Assembly (NCBI GenBank): GCA_051294905.1
Contig: CM119371.1
Coordinates: 31,558,001-31,622,000, forward strand
From: Botryllus schlosseri
Lineage: Eukaryota
Direction: 5' to 3'
DNA length: 64,000 bases
The number at the start of each line of letters is the position of its first letter. The first letter of the stretch is position 1. The position numbers were made by a program, and so were the translations under genes. The notes beneath the pieces are model-generated. The model saw only the letters and a list, made by a program, of their open reading frames with translations. It had not been told where the DNA came from and did no database searches. Shown piece by piece: positions 1 through 12,100 of the stretch.

Positions 1-214
1 ACAAAGTGCAGTGAAATCGATATGGTCGAAAAATACCACAGTCTCGTAAATGTGATAGATAACGGGCATTGTATTGCTTGTGGTGGCAGAAATATCATAT
101 GAATGACGGTATGATCGTATGACGTCAAAATGAGTGATACTCGAATACTCGACTCGAAGCAAACTACTCGATTCAGAATAGAATCACTGAGGTGCTCGAT
201 TTTGCCCAGCCCTA
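1..214. mobile_element. Right end of a TAGGGCTGGGCAAA-family MITE (cut by the window edge)
   Basis: Colinear with 11750-11978; ends TTTGCCCAGCCCTA. Confidence 0.85.
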
Positions 215-689
215 GTACTGATACTGTTACGTCTCGTCAGGGATATCTATAATTAGAAATCCCTAGACGCGTGTATGGGTCAAAAGTCTGATGCAAAATA
301 GTTTTATCAGTTATCTTGTAACTCGCGATCTCAGTTTTAGAGCAATTGGGAATCCTATCTTTGTCCGACGTGGGCATAAAGAATTTTAATTCACATATTG
401 GAACTTGTACAGCAAATTTCATTGAGAGAGCATGATTGTGGTTACTCGTAATGTATTGGGTGTCATTGGATCTGGATCTTGACAAGTTCGGCGAATTTGG
501 CGATTTTTATGGCTGGAAAAGTTATGGTCAACTATTCGCTCCCATGACCAGGAAAGTCAGTTGACGTCCCTGTCCAGTGTCCTTGCACGCGAACGCGACC
601 TGAATGCAGATCGGCGATGCGTGCTGAGGTTGTGATGCGCATATATGATATGATGAAGGCTGAACGTGCATGATGTTTGCTGCTCAAAA

Positions 690-853
690 CTAATTGATAT
701 CAAATATTTTTGAAAAAAATCGCTAGAATATCGCTAAATGTTTTTAAAAAGTCGCTAGATTTATCGCTAGTCGCTAGATCGATATTTTTTGTCGCTAAAC
801 CGAGTGAGAAATCGCTAGATCTAGCGACAAAATCGCTAAATTGGCAACACTGC
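690..853. repeat. MITE end fragment rich in tcgcta repeats
   Basis: Ends aaattggcaacactg (reverse complement CAGTGTTGCCAA); other end not found. Confidence 0.55.
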
Positions 854-3084
854 ACACAGGTTGAAAAGCACTTTATGCTGTAGCCGTTTTTCAGGGTAAC
901 AGTAATTTCTTATCCACAACACGAATACCACCAGTCAGGGTTCCCCATGAACATGACAGAATTCATGACATTCAAAATTGGTGGTTCGGGTACTGTATAG
1001 GAAAATTCATCATCCCAAACCAAAATCCAACGGTACGCAAACCTAACCTCAACACACAACTCCGCAGCTGACCCTAAAACATATATATTCATTATATTGT
1101 AATCTTACTAATCCCCAAGCCATAATTTTAAGATGCTCTCAAACCCTCATCTTATGATTCTCCAGCCTGAATGCGAAACCAATTATGACCGCTCTGAATT
1201 TTGAAATGTTCAGAGGGCACACTGATTGGTAATGGTAATGTTTTATACATAACATAAGAATAGGACATGATCTATTCCTGCCCTCAAGAAATAGAATACA
1301 CTAGGCCCGATTAATAGAAAATCTACTGACTGAATATCGTCCGTGGAACGCCGTATCTACACCACCTTGGCGTGTAAGACATATTTGCTTCATAACATCG
1401 GCTGACAACTATCTGAAGTTCGTCCTCTGCGTGACTGCGTAATCGCGTCGAGCAAGTGCGACGATGAAGTCATTGTGCCATGTAACGGGTTAAGAAATTA
1501 CCCGGAGCCGCGACAGCTGCAGCCGGGTGCAACTCTGGAAATTTCAATAAATTGCAGCTCCATTACGGTGGCGTTCTGAAGAAAACGGCTGCGGCCAAAA
1601 ATTTCTTTTCGATCTGCCCTTCAATTTGAGACCACATCATTTTTTGAGTGCAGTGCCCCTTCAATCTTATCTACAGGGGTTGTGAACCTAGCTGCTCGTT
1701 TCCATTTATCTCCGTGAGAGCCATATGATATTCCACAGAACTTATTGTTATAATTAACTACATTTTAAAGCAAAACCAACATTAAATCTAATGTTAAATA
1801 TACGGCAACACGCTTTTTAGAGTTGAGCGCCTTTCCAAGGTACCGGAGCAGCATGCGTGGTGTAACGCATGGTTCAATCAGTACTCGGAGCCTAAATAAT
1901 ACCTTCCGCGACCGGGAATATTGTAAAATGATATTATTCAGTTGACTTTACTACGGAACTGTCGAATTATTCGGCGGTAATTTTACGTTTCTCTACAGGC
2001 ATACATTCAGACGACAGCGCGAGCATGTTGCCAAGTAATCGGTACTATAGATGTTTGTAATTGTAATCGGGAGTATCACTTCCGAGGGCGTTCATTTCAC
2101 GACGAATATTAGGAAGACAATGGGCGATTTGGAAACCTAATTGTCATACAGGCGTCGCCATGTCTGCTTTTCTCTCCGATCAATCAACGTATCACGCAAT
2201 CCATGTTTTCAAGGCGTGTGATATAGAGTATAGCAAATTCGTGATTGAGATTGCTTGTAACTTTGTTTTTTTGTTAACAATTATACAAAATACGTACCAA
2301 CCTAGACGTATTAGAATTGTCCGATGTAGACCCTAGAAAACTTGACAGTGTCGTATATGCCCTATTACTAATAAATTATTATTTGCATAGCAACCTCGTC
2401 ATACCCCTGTATGGACCTCATAAAAGACTTATCTCAGCCACCTCAAGAATATTCATTCCTATTGTTATGAAATTGCAGCAATATTGATACATAATATGGG
2501 AATTAGGTGCCAAAGAGCTAAAGAGTCATATCATACCATCAAAAGAGCCATATATGACTCCCGAGCCATGGGTTCCCGACCACTGGCTGACAGCAAAGCC
2601 TCACTGAGACGCCTAACTGGGCACCGTTGGCATAATAGTCAATCGAATGATCGTATATGACCCTAATGACCATAAAACGCAACGCTATACTGATGCTATA
2701 AAATGCATATCATCAATTTCGCCAACGGCACTTTCCTAACGGTGCACCTGTACCAGCTGCACAATTTATGATCATGTCATTGTACTTTGGGACAAGGCAG
2801 CGAGTCGATCACTAACTCTCAGAAATGTTCAAACGAACATGTGTGGCATTGTGCAACGTTTTGTTGATGACGAGTTAAAAACAACCGGGGTGAGGCTACC
2901 AGGATGGGAATACCGTTTCGAAACTATATTTATCGTTAACAATTAGAATAGTTCGGTTGCATATCACTTCCCAATTAGAATCATGGCGTTTGATAATCGA
3001 TTCGGATTCGAGCATTATAGAATCGTTCCTAAAAGCTAGCCAGCAAAGGTTTTGGGATCATGACAGCGAATGATGCAAACATAC

Positions 3085-3148
3085 CGCCTGTTTGTCGCAC
3101 TTTTTCTCAATCGGGATACTGGGCGTAGGCTCGTCGGTGCAGTAGAAC
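3085..3148 (-). CDS. LDLa-like exon (64 bp, ends phase 0); last exon traced
   Basis: tacag|..|gtatgt; (R)FYCTDEPTPSIPIEKKCDKQA. Confidence 0.85.
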
Positions 3149-6100
3149 CTGTATAAAATATTGAAGAATATATTCAAGGTTCCCGGAGCAACAAAGTGGG
3201 TGAATTATAGAAGGCATTATATCATTTCGGGGATGGAAAATTGGTTAAGTCGGTTATATATTCATTTGATTCAAAAATTTCAATACAAAGATAGTGTTAA
3301 CATTTAATAACTTATGTTAAAAGTCGATCAATCAGTTCAGTTATACCATCTTTTATTGCTGTGGCGTGAGACTCTAATTTGGGTCGCTGGCCGGATTCAA
3401 ACCAATCAGCGACTCTGACGACGATCAAGTTGGTATATTTCTATGTTCCATTTTGTTCAGTCGTAACGCGGCGTCGCGTCTATGCTTATGCGTTGTGTGG
3501 AACACACGATATTTAACTGTTAACTTTGACGTTGGAATTTTATTCATTACTTTTAAGTTACCATTCAGGTTTTACTGGAGACTGGGGCTGGGGATTTTTG
3601 GGGTAAGAATACGGTATGCATCGTTGCAAACAAAGATATAAAAATTATATGCTTCATGTAATATTCAACACGTATACTTTTCATACAACGGTTTCGCATT
3701 GGCGTATCCGAATCTGTGAATAACAATTAATTGGTCCATTTTTCAGAAAACTGTGAAATCAGTGTGCATATTTTCGCCTTACGGAATGTTGCCTCGATGT
3801 CGCTCACTTAATTTTACTGGCGACTTGAGTGACATATGTACATGCTCGACATCTGCTGTTTTGAATGATTATTTACGTCAAAGTATTTTTTACTAGAAAT
3901 CCCAACTTCTGTTGTAAATGTGCTACATAATAAAATCATTTCCGCTTATTCAGAATTGCATCGAGGGCCAGATGATGCGGACCGACGGGTCGTATGTTTG
4001 ACACCTCTGCTCTGTTGGCCCAACATGACAACAAACTACTTTTGTAGCGCAAAATGTTAGTGAAGGCTTGTCGGTATTCATACAAGCGAGTACATCTTGA
4101 ATTCACCTTGCACCGCAGCCACGTTCGTCGGCCTGATCTTCGCAAGTGATGGTCCCATCGCACAAAACATCCACTGGTAGAATGTACCTCTCTCCCGACT
4201 CTACGTGTTTGCATCTTTGAAAGAAATTGGGTTGACTTTTATCTAATGGTATAACATGGAGATAAAATATGGTAACCGGCTAGACCAGTCAATGTACAAT
4301 TGGATACGCAAGAGACAATGTGATGCATTGAACAGGTGGGGGAATGACGAATTGACCATTGGCGGTTTCTTAATCTGACATCCACCTTGATCTAATGCCC
4401 GGGTTGACGGTGTTCGATGTCAATCTTTATCCGGTTGTCTTTTTATTTATACGACCTTGCTTGCTCTTTTTATTCGCTGCATTTTAGAACTCCCGTTAGC
4501 GGGTCTTTTTCTTGTTCGGGAGTTCGGGAATCCAACCGAGTACCTCGAGCGACGCTGACAACGGAAATGGCCACTACGGCAACCCAACTTGAAATGTTAC
4601 CCCACCTCCAATTAATTTCTGAAAATATGCAATTCGATGGCAAAATCTTCTATTTGAAACTACTTAGGCCTACTTGAGTAACTTTCACACTCCCACTATT
4701 TATTTCCACTTCAGGTAGTCGTGATATCTCTTTGAGATTCATATTTGTACTTATAACCGAGTACAAATTTACTTCGTTACTAGTTCTGTTCGAGCATCAG
4801 CGCTGACTGCTTTCAAGACTTCTAGCTATGACGTGTGGCTGGAGTTCGACTCAAGTCGCAATTTCTCGGTGACTCGACTCAAATCAATGTGCATTACTCA
4901 AGCAATTCGAGTCGTATATTTAGATAGTTTTTCTGAGGTGTCCTATATTTTCTCACTCTAATTTAGAGATGCGACAAATCTCGCCATTGTTGCACGTCAA
5001 TTCAAGTTTATGGGATGGGTAAAGCATGAGCAATTGAGCAGGAGTGGGCCCACTAATAAGTATTGTGCACTGCGTTCCACAGTTTTCATCGCTTTATCAA
5101 TGATTCTTCACTATTTCCGCCAGTGCCCCATTTCATGGAGGTTAATGGCCTAGCCTACTTATATTAAGTCGATATATGGTAATGGTCGAAGTATATTTCG
5201 AGTCTTTGGGTGTAACTTCAGAGAATATGTCATGCTGGAATCGCTCCCGATGACCGCCAATCCATAAACCATGAAAATTGTTGCTAATTCGGGCTCAAAT
5301 GAGGTTGTCATTAAAGTCTTCGGGTATGAACTAAAAGCTATCCGGTTACAGCAGTGTTTCCCAAACTTCTTCTGACACAACATCCGCTGGACCACCATAG
5401 CGACACCCCTAACCACCTCCTACTCCATAAATAAAGGTTGTTTGGTCCATTGCACAGTCACTGCATTGTCGCGTAGACCTTTTGCGTTGATCTGATTTAT
5501 TGGCAGCCCAATACACGCTATGTACGCTATGTCAGAGTCACAATTAGTTCGAATTCCCGGAAAGAATCAGTGAAAACAATCGTGAAGCAAGTGTCACTAA
5601 ATAATTAGTCTGTTAGTTTTTGGTTAGTGAGAAAACTCAATGTTGCATAAAAATGAACACATACCGTGAGCATTATTGACGATTTTCGATTGAATGCGCC
5701 TTATACGACCGTGAACGACGTGATCACTTATTCATAAACCTGAATTTGGTGCACAGAGATTGCTATTAATTTACGGATTTTCCTAAACAGTTACCCATAG
5801 TTCAGGTGTACTTTCAGTGCCCTTCTTCTCTCGGCGCCCCCAATCGCGTAATTTTGTAGATAGCGCCCACTTTGGAAACAACTGGCTTTGAGCCTCACGT
5901 ACACTTGTACATACCTTGATTTCAGTTATGCTATGCACGATACACTGAATTCATAGTGTACTGCATGGTGTGGACACTAGCTTAATCTCACGACTCACTG
6001 CAATTGGTCAACGTCACACTTCCCATTTGGCCAAAGGCTATTTTACGGTAATTTTTGCACGACTTGCCGAGCGCAAAAATAAAATTGGTATCAATTGATA

Positions 6101-9100
6101 GCTACCGCGGTACTAATTGCGAACTCTCTGGCGGGAACTGTACGCATGTTAAGATAAAGGGATGCATTATGAGCGTTTCCATAGTTGCATTTCAATTAAA
6201 TTCCCGTCAATGCATGCATGTCGGCAATTCGAGGTCATCATGTTCCGTCTGCGCTCCGGCCATTGTAGGCTTAACGCCCATTCGTTCAAAATAGGATGTT
6301 AAGATACTCCGCTATGTCTCCATTGTAATATCGCCGTAACCGTCGACCATTTTCTACTAATCTGTGCAAGATATGATTTTCAACGGTCCTTTCTCATTGA
6401 GTCATGCCGTAATCATGACATCCCATTCACGACTTGTAACCTCTTGGTCCAGCCCGAGCTATTAACCCCTGTGGCTGAATTCGTGCTATCATGTCGTAGA
6501 ATCCTTTAAGTTTTGAGACGTGTATAGCCGAGGTTGAATTACATTGCAAGGGTACTTATACCTGGAGGTAACTTCAGACCGTGGTGCACCAGACCTTTAA
6601 GGGAAATAAGCGCCACTACAACTTTTAACCATAATAATAATATTAATTGCGAAAATATATATTTTATGCTGCTCATGGTCCTGGAACCCTCCAAAACCAG
6701 CTTCGAATGTTGCATTGTAAGGAAGTTTGGTATTGTGACGCAGCGATCCCGTCTGGAATTATTATCATTACAGAGGTATTATACAGTGACGCTTTTCGCC
6801 GTTTAGGCCTTGTGCGTCACGACACAGATATAGGTACATTTCAATTTCACAGTACAGTTCAGTTCATTTTCTTTAACATCATGCAGTGCTTTTCTCATTG
6901 GACGACTTTCAACCAGTGCATTCACTCTTTCACTCTTTTTCTCTCGCATGCGTCCGTCTTCGGTTCTCGGCTGCCGACTTTAGGAGAGCGCGGCGTGCTC
7001 TTTTGTCTGGGCTTTTCAACACACTGTTAGTACAGCGGGATCGGCGACGAGGAGCCCAGATAACTTCCGACACATAGAAACATGGTAGAGTCGAGGCTCG
7101 AACCCAGGACCATTGGTGTCGTGACGGTGTCGCTTAGCACACTGCGCCACTCGCTTCCCAAATCCCGTCTGGAATAATACAGCGCAGCTGAGGAGCCAAT
7201 CCACGCGAGAGTGAGAGTGTGAATGCTCAATCGGTTGTGCAACAATGGCCAATACGTTTGGGGTTTCCGCTGCTCCTCACTTGCTCCCAGACGGCATGGT
7301 TGCGTCACAATACCACGCTCCGTTACAATGCAACATTGGATGCTGATTTTCCGGGGTTCCAGAACCACGAAAAGAATAAAATTTGTATTTTCGCAATCAG
7401 TACCGCGGTAGCTTTCGATTGCTACTAATGTTATCAATTTTCGACCTCGACAAAGCATTCAAAAATCACCGTAAAATTGCCTATGGAAAGTGTGACGTAG
7501 ACTAATCGCAGTGAGTTGTGAAACTTGCTCGTGTCCACACGATGTAGGACACTATGGTGAATTTGTATTGGGCTTCCTCCGATTACTAAAATAACTGAAA
7601 AGTGACTATATCAACTGTTGTAGGTATATATTGGTGGTGTACCAGAGGGACAAGACTGGCAATTGATTGTAACTTTGAACAGAAGTAATGTTATCGCATC
7701 AGTATCTCGCCTAGACGTAACAGTATTTGGATTATATGGCTTTCTTTATGTTATTGCAATAAACACTTCACTCGGATTCAACCAAGACGAAACAAAAAAA
7801 GAAGAAGATGAAATTATGACACGGAGCTTTGTGACGTTGTTAAGACCCTGTGGAAATGTAGGCTATTTTTCAATCTCTTAACCAGCCCACCCTGGACTGG
7901 CTAATAAAAGTATGCGACTTATCGAACAGATCCACCTTTCAAACACTGCTTACTTGACAACTTTTCCAACCCTTCATTGTTTATTGAAACTTGGAATAGT
8001 TTAAAATTTAGCTACGGCTTCGGTTAGTAGTATCGATTACCACTCAGCCTAAACATCTGCTATAAGCTCCTTATTTCATGAGCATGAATGTTCTAACTCA
8101 CACAGTGGAAATTATGCCGTCGACAGAAGTACCTCTCCAATCGTAATCGTATTGGTAGATAAAACCGCAGAATTCTGGTAACGTGTCACAACGGCATTCT
8201 TCGTCCATGAAATCGTTGCATTCCGGTATCCCATCACAGGCCGTTGCATCTAAACATTAAACGAATATCAGATCACACATTTCACGAGGAGATGATTTTG
8301 AAATGGAATCGACTCACACTTGCCGTCCGGATCGCCGCATTTGTAGTCCAGCTTTTTGTGGCCTCGAAACGGACTACCGCTTGGTTCTAAATTCAACAAT
8401 AAATTAAGTGTCGTCGCAAATAACGCTAAGTGCGTGGTCAGCATTGGCATCGAGCAACCTCAGAACAAATTCTAGATTACGGAACACTAACCAAGTGCAA
8501 CAATGTTTTTCTCATCTATCTCCATGCAAAGAGAAGCAGGTGTTTATGTTATACATAGCAGTGGTGCATATAGCCTAATAAGGCCGTGTGCTCCACGACA
8601 ATGATTTAGTAATGTTCATAATCGTTGCCTTCGTAATCTTCCGGACGACTTCCACACTCGCGCACTTCCAAGATCAGTCTCTCTGGCTTTGCGTGCGACT
8701 GCAACTTAACTTTGCTGCCGAGTTTCATGGCTCGGCTCACCATCAATCTGTTTTTTTTTAAACACTGCAATGGCAGTGGGGTTAGCGACGAGGAGCCCAG
8801 AGAAACCTCCGACATGTAGAATTGAGATATACAGGTGTAATTAGTAATACGCATTTGAACTTAACATGAGAACCAAATTCATAATTTGCCTTTCTAGTTA
8901 AAATAGCTTTTATTTTTGGAATAATTATACTTCTGTTACAGCCGTTTCCGAATTCAAATTGCCGGGATTCTATTTTTAATATCGCTCTATGAAGATGGTG
9001 TCTTTGCGAATATTAGAGTAATTCCAGGAATAAAATTGTCATAACCGCTATTGAACATTACTAAGTGTGGTTTAGGAAAACCCTTAATATTTGTATCATA

Positions 9101-12100
9101 ATTTGCGTCTTAGCATTATTCACAGAGATGCACTTGGTACCTTCAATTGTCAGTGTCAATTGGGTAGTTCTGGAAATCTCGTAATATTTGTAGCACCAGT
9201 GGCATCGTGGCATTAGTCACAGGGATGCATTTCGGAAATGGCTATTGACGAATTAAATCACCAGGGTCAAGCCTAATCCTAACCTTTAATCTCGGATACA
9301 TTTCAAATATTTATTTCACTTACGGGCTCCTAGTTATATGTAGGCTATAACCTAGACGTAGCGTATAACAAGACATCCTGTGTGAATACTCGATTTGCTG
9401 CTAATACTTGTAACCCTGAAGTAATGGTAGCAAATGGGTCGGTGACTAGGCGGATAACTTCTATCTTTGAGTTTGGATATGGTCACGATCTGCGCAATAA
9501 CTTTTAATCGAATGCGGAAACAATTACCGCGCTATTAGGCTATTTTGGTATCAACATGTCGTTGACGTTTACGCACAATATCGTTTGGAACTTATTGGCA
9601 TTCTTTTGTCAATATCCAGTCCACACACGGAAAACGCGACCTCACGAATGTACTTTCCTTAATATAAATTCACAGCACAGATTTATTTAGTGAATATTAG
9701 TGTCAGTTCGATATATATCACATTTCTGTTAGGACATTTGATACAGAGTCATTACAGACGAGACGCAAATATATGTATATGCTACAGCTTTGGTGCACAA
9801 GGTCGGGAGCTGGACTGGGACCGGTTGACGCAGGGGTTCTTAAAGGTTTTAGACCACGACCCAAATCTTAGTTTCACTGGCATCTCGCAACCCATGCCTA
9901 ACACGTCGAAAACATTGTAATTATAATATTAGTATGTTACGATGCTAAGGTCACGTAACGCACAGACAATAGTTGTACCCAACACAGGTCTGTGAAACAT
10001 GTCTGACGCACGCGACATGAAATTGGTATGCATTATTTTCATCTGCTAGTCGTCATTGTAGTTCATTTCCATAACTGTCCACTTAGATTTCAAATTTTGG
10101 ATCATTTTTACGACCAGACTTATCAATCAGCGATTTTGAGCTAAGGTTTTTTAACCGCCTGTAGTTTTTGCACCGCACTTTGCACAACTGTATGTTGGCC
10201 AAAATTTCTTCAGCTGTCCCGGCGCGGAAGGGGTTAACTCGAAATATCATTGTATCATAGTCCAGCTCCCGCTCGTTGCATACCTCTGCACTAAAGCATC
10301 CTTGCACTAAATAATCGCAACGGCCTCCGACGGTGTTTTCAAGAGAAACCAAATTGTCGGACAAATTTTGTCATGAATTCAAACCATGCAATTTGTGTAA
10401 TATAGATGTCCACACAGTTTCGGGATCAAGCCATAATCTTGCAACGACTCTTCTGCGTGTCTCGCATATGTGCTATAGTACCCAAAATAGTGACCTCCGA
10501 CAGGAACAAACTATCCGCAGAAAATCCGCGAAGAACTATGTTGCAGGACTATTACCAAATATTACATACTTTCAAAACCCCTGGATTAACGCATGACTGC
10601 AGGCATGTTGGCATGTTGCAATGCCATGGCATGTTGCAACGTATTAATCCTATTTTCTATTACCCCTACATACCTTTCCCTGTGCAATATGCCTCATCTT
10701 CGCCGTCTGGGCAATCCAATCTGAGAACATGACGTAAACTCAAGTATCATTTGTAGGCATAATTATTGAGGAGGGCGAGGCAAGAAATATTTCTGAAAGG
10801 ACACTCCTTAAATCATCGGAATCTGGAAAGTGAAACTGGTGGCAGTAATTTGAGCAATGGATGAAAATTGAATGATGTCGAATTTACACATCCAAGGAGA
10901 AAGACAATGCACCGCACCCCCTTCGAAAACTTGATCGGACAACGGATCATCCCTTAGACAATGGCGACATAACCGTCATCAATCAGCTACTGGCTGTTTT
11001 TTAATCTTAACCTTCGCTAACCTGGCAAACCTTAAGACTAATCTGCAAGCGATTGGTGAACCCAAATTCTGTAACATTTACAAAAACAATATCGACCACA
11101 TTACCCACCTAGTACATTGTGCTAGAGCAATGGTTCTCAACCTTTTTGACCTCGAGGACCAATAAAACTTCGAAACAAATGTCGTGGACCGGATACCTAT
11201 CAAAATCAAAATTTACTCGGAATTTAATTGAGACAAATGCAATATTGAAAACTGCTGTTATGTTGAACGTTCTGCTAAGTGAGGCTCGCGAACTCAGCTG
11301 TTAAGTATCATTAACCTGATTATGAGCGTTCGGTTTCCTTTGAAAAAAGTTGCGACATTGATACTTGCTATTAGCATATACTGACAAGTGTCGCTGAATT
11401 GCACTGGTGGAATTGAACTAGTCTTCTCATAGAAGTTGTCGGAAACAAGATGTAGGCCAACTTTGAATATTTTCTTGCAGCACTCGCAACATTGTGACGT
11501 ACGCCGGAACTAGTCCATGAAATGTCAATTAGATTACGACTAGGGCTGGGCAAAATGATTCGAGTACTCGAATCTGAATAGAGTAGTTATTTCGATGATT
11601 CGAGTCGAGTACTAAAATACGTTTTTTTCGAGTACTGAAATTATAAGCTCCTCGCAACTTAAAGTTCATTTACTAACGAGAATTATAGTTTTGATACTAT
11701 ATTCTACTGAGGAAGCCCTGAAACGAAGTCATGATCATCCCACAACATTGGCAAGAAGTGCAATGAAATCGGTATGGTGAAAAAAATACCAAATCATATT
11801 TAATGCGATTGATAATGGGCATTATGTACTCTGTGGCGGCGAAATAGTTACATATTTGAACTTTGACATAGTACATTCTTTTGTGACGTCATAATGAGTG
11901 ATACTCGAATGCTCGACTCGAAGCGTAATACGTGATTCAGAATCAAATCACTCAGGTGCTCGAATTTGCCCAGCCCTAATTACGACATCATCCAGAAAAT
12001 AAGTTCCAAACTTATAAATCAATGTAAAAGTTATTGTTTTATTCTCTAATTAATGGAAAAGCGCCCAACTTATTGCGTTTTGGAATTGAGATTTAAAAGG

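Larger units (their letters stand above)
5952..7556. mobile_element. Foldback/long-TIR non-autonomous DNA element carrying two retroposon insertions
   Basis: 5952-6123 plus 6644-6759 are an inverted copy of ~7260-7556 (catagtgt.ct.cat.gtgtggacac termini). Confidence 0.72.

Noticed and set aside
910-1076. ORF ending ..NPDWWYSCCG* as the terminal exon of the gene
   Set aside because: It would need a phase-1 entry but the last traced exon ends in phase 0; it has no LDLa completion motif and no linking exon was found. Not excluded, but unsupported.
1674-2585. hAT MITE bounded by CAGGGGT..ACCACTG
   Set aside because: Ends look hAT-like but the 8-bp flanks (cttatcta vs gctgacag) do not match, so a single insertion is not supported.
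3360-3632. Solo LTR (TG..CA with AATAAA)
   Set aside because: Flanks do not form a direct TSD and there is no second copy in the window.
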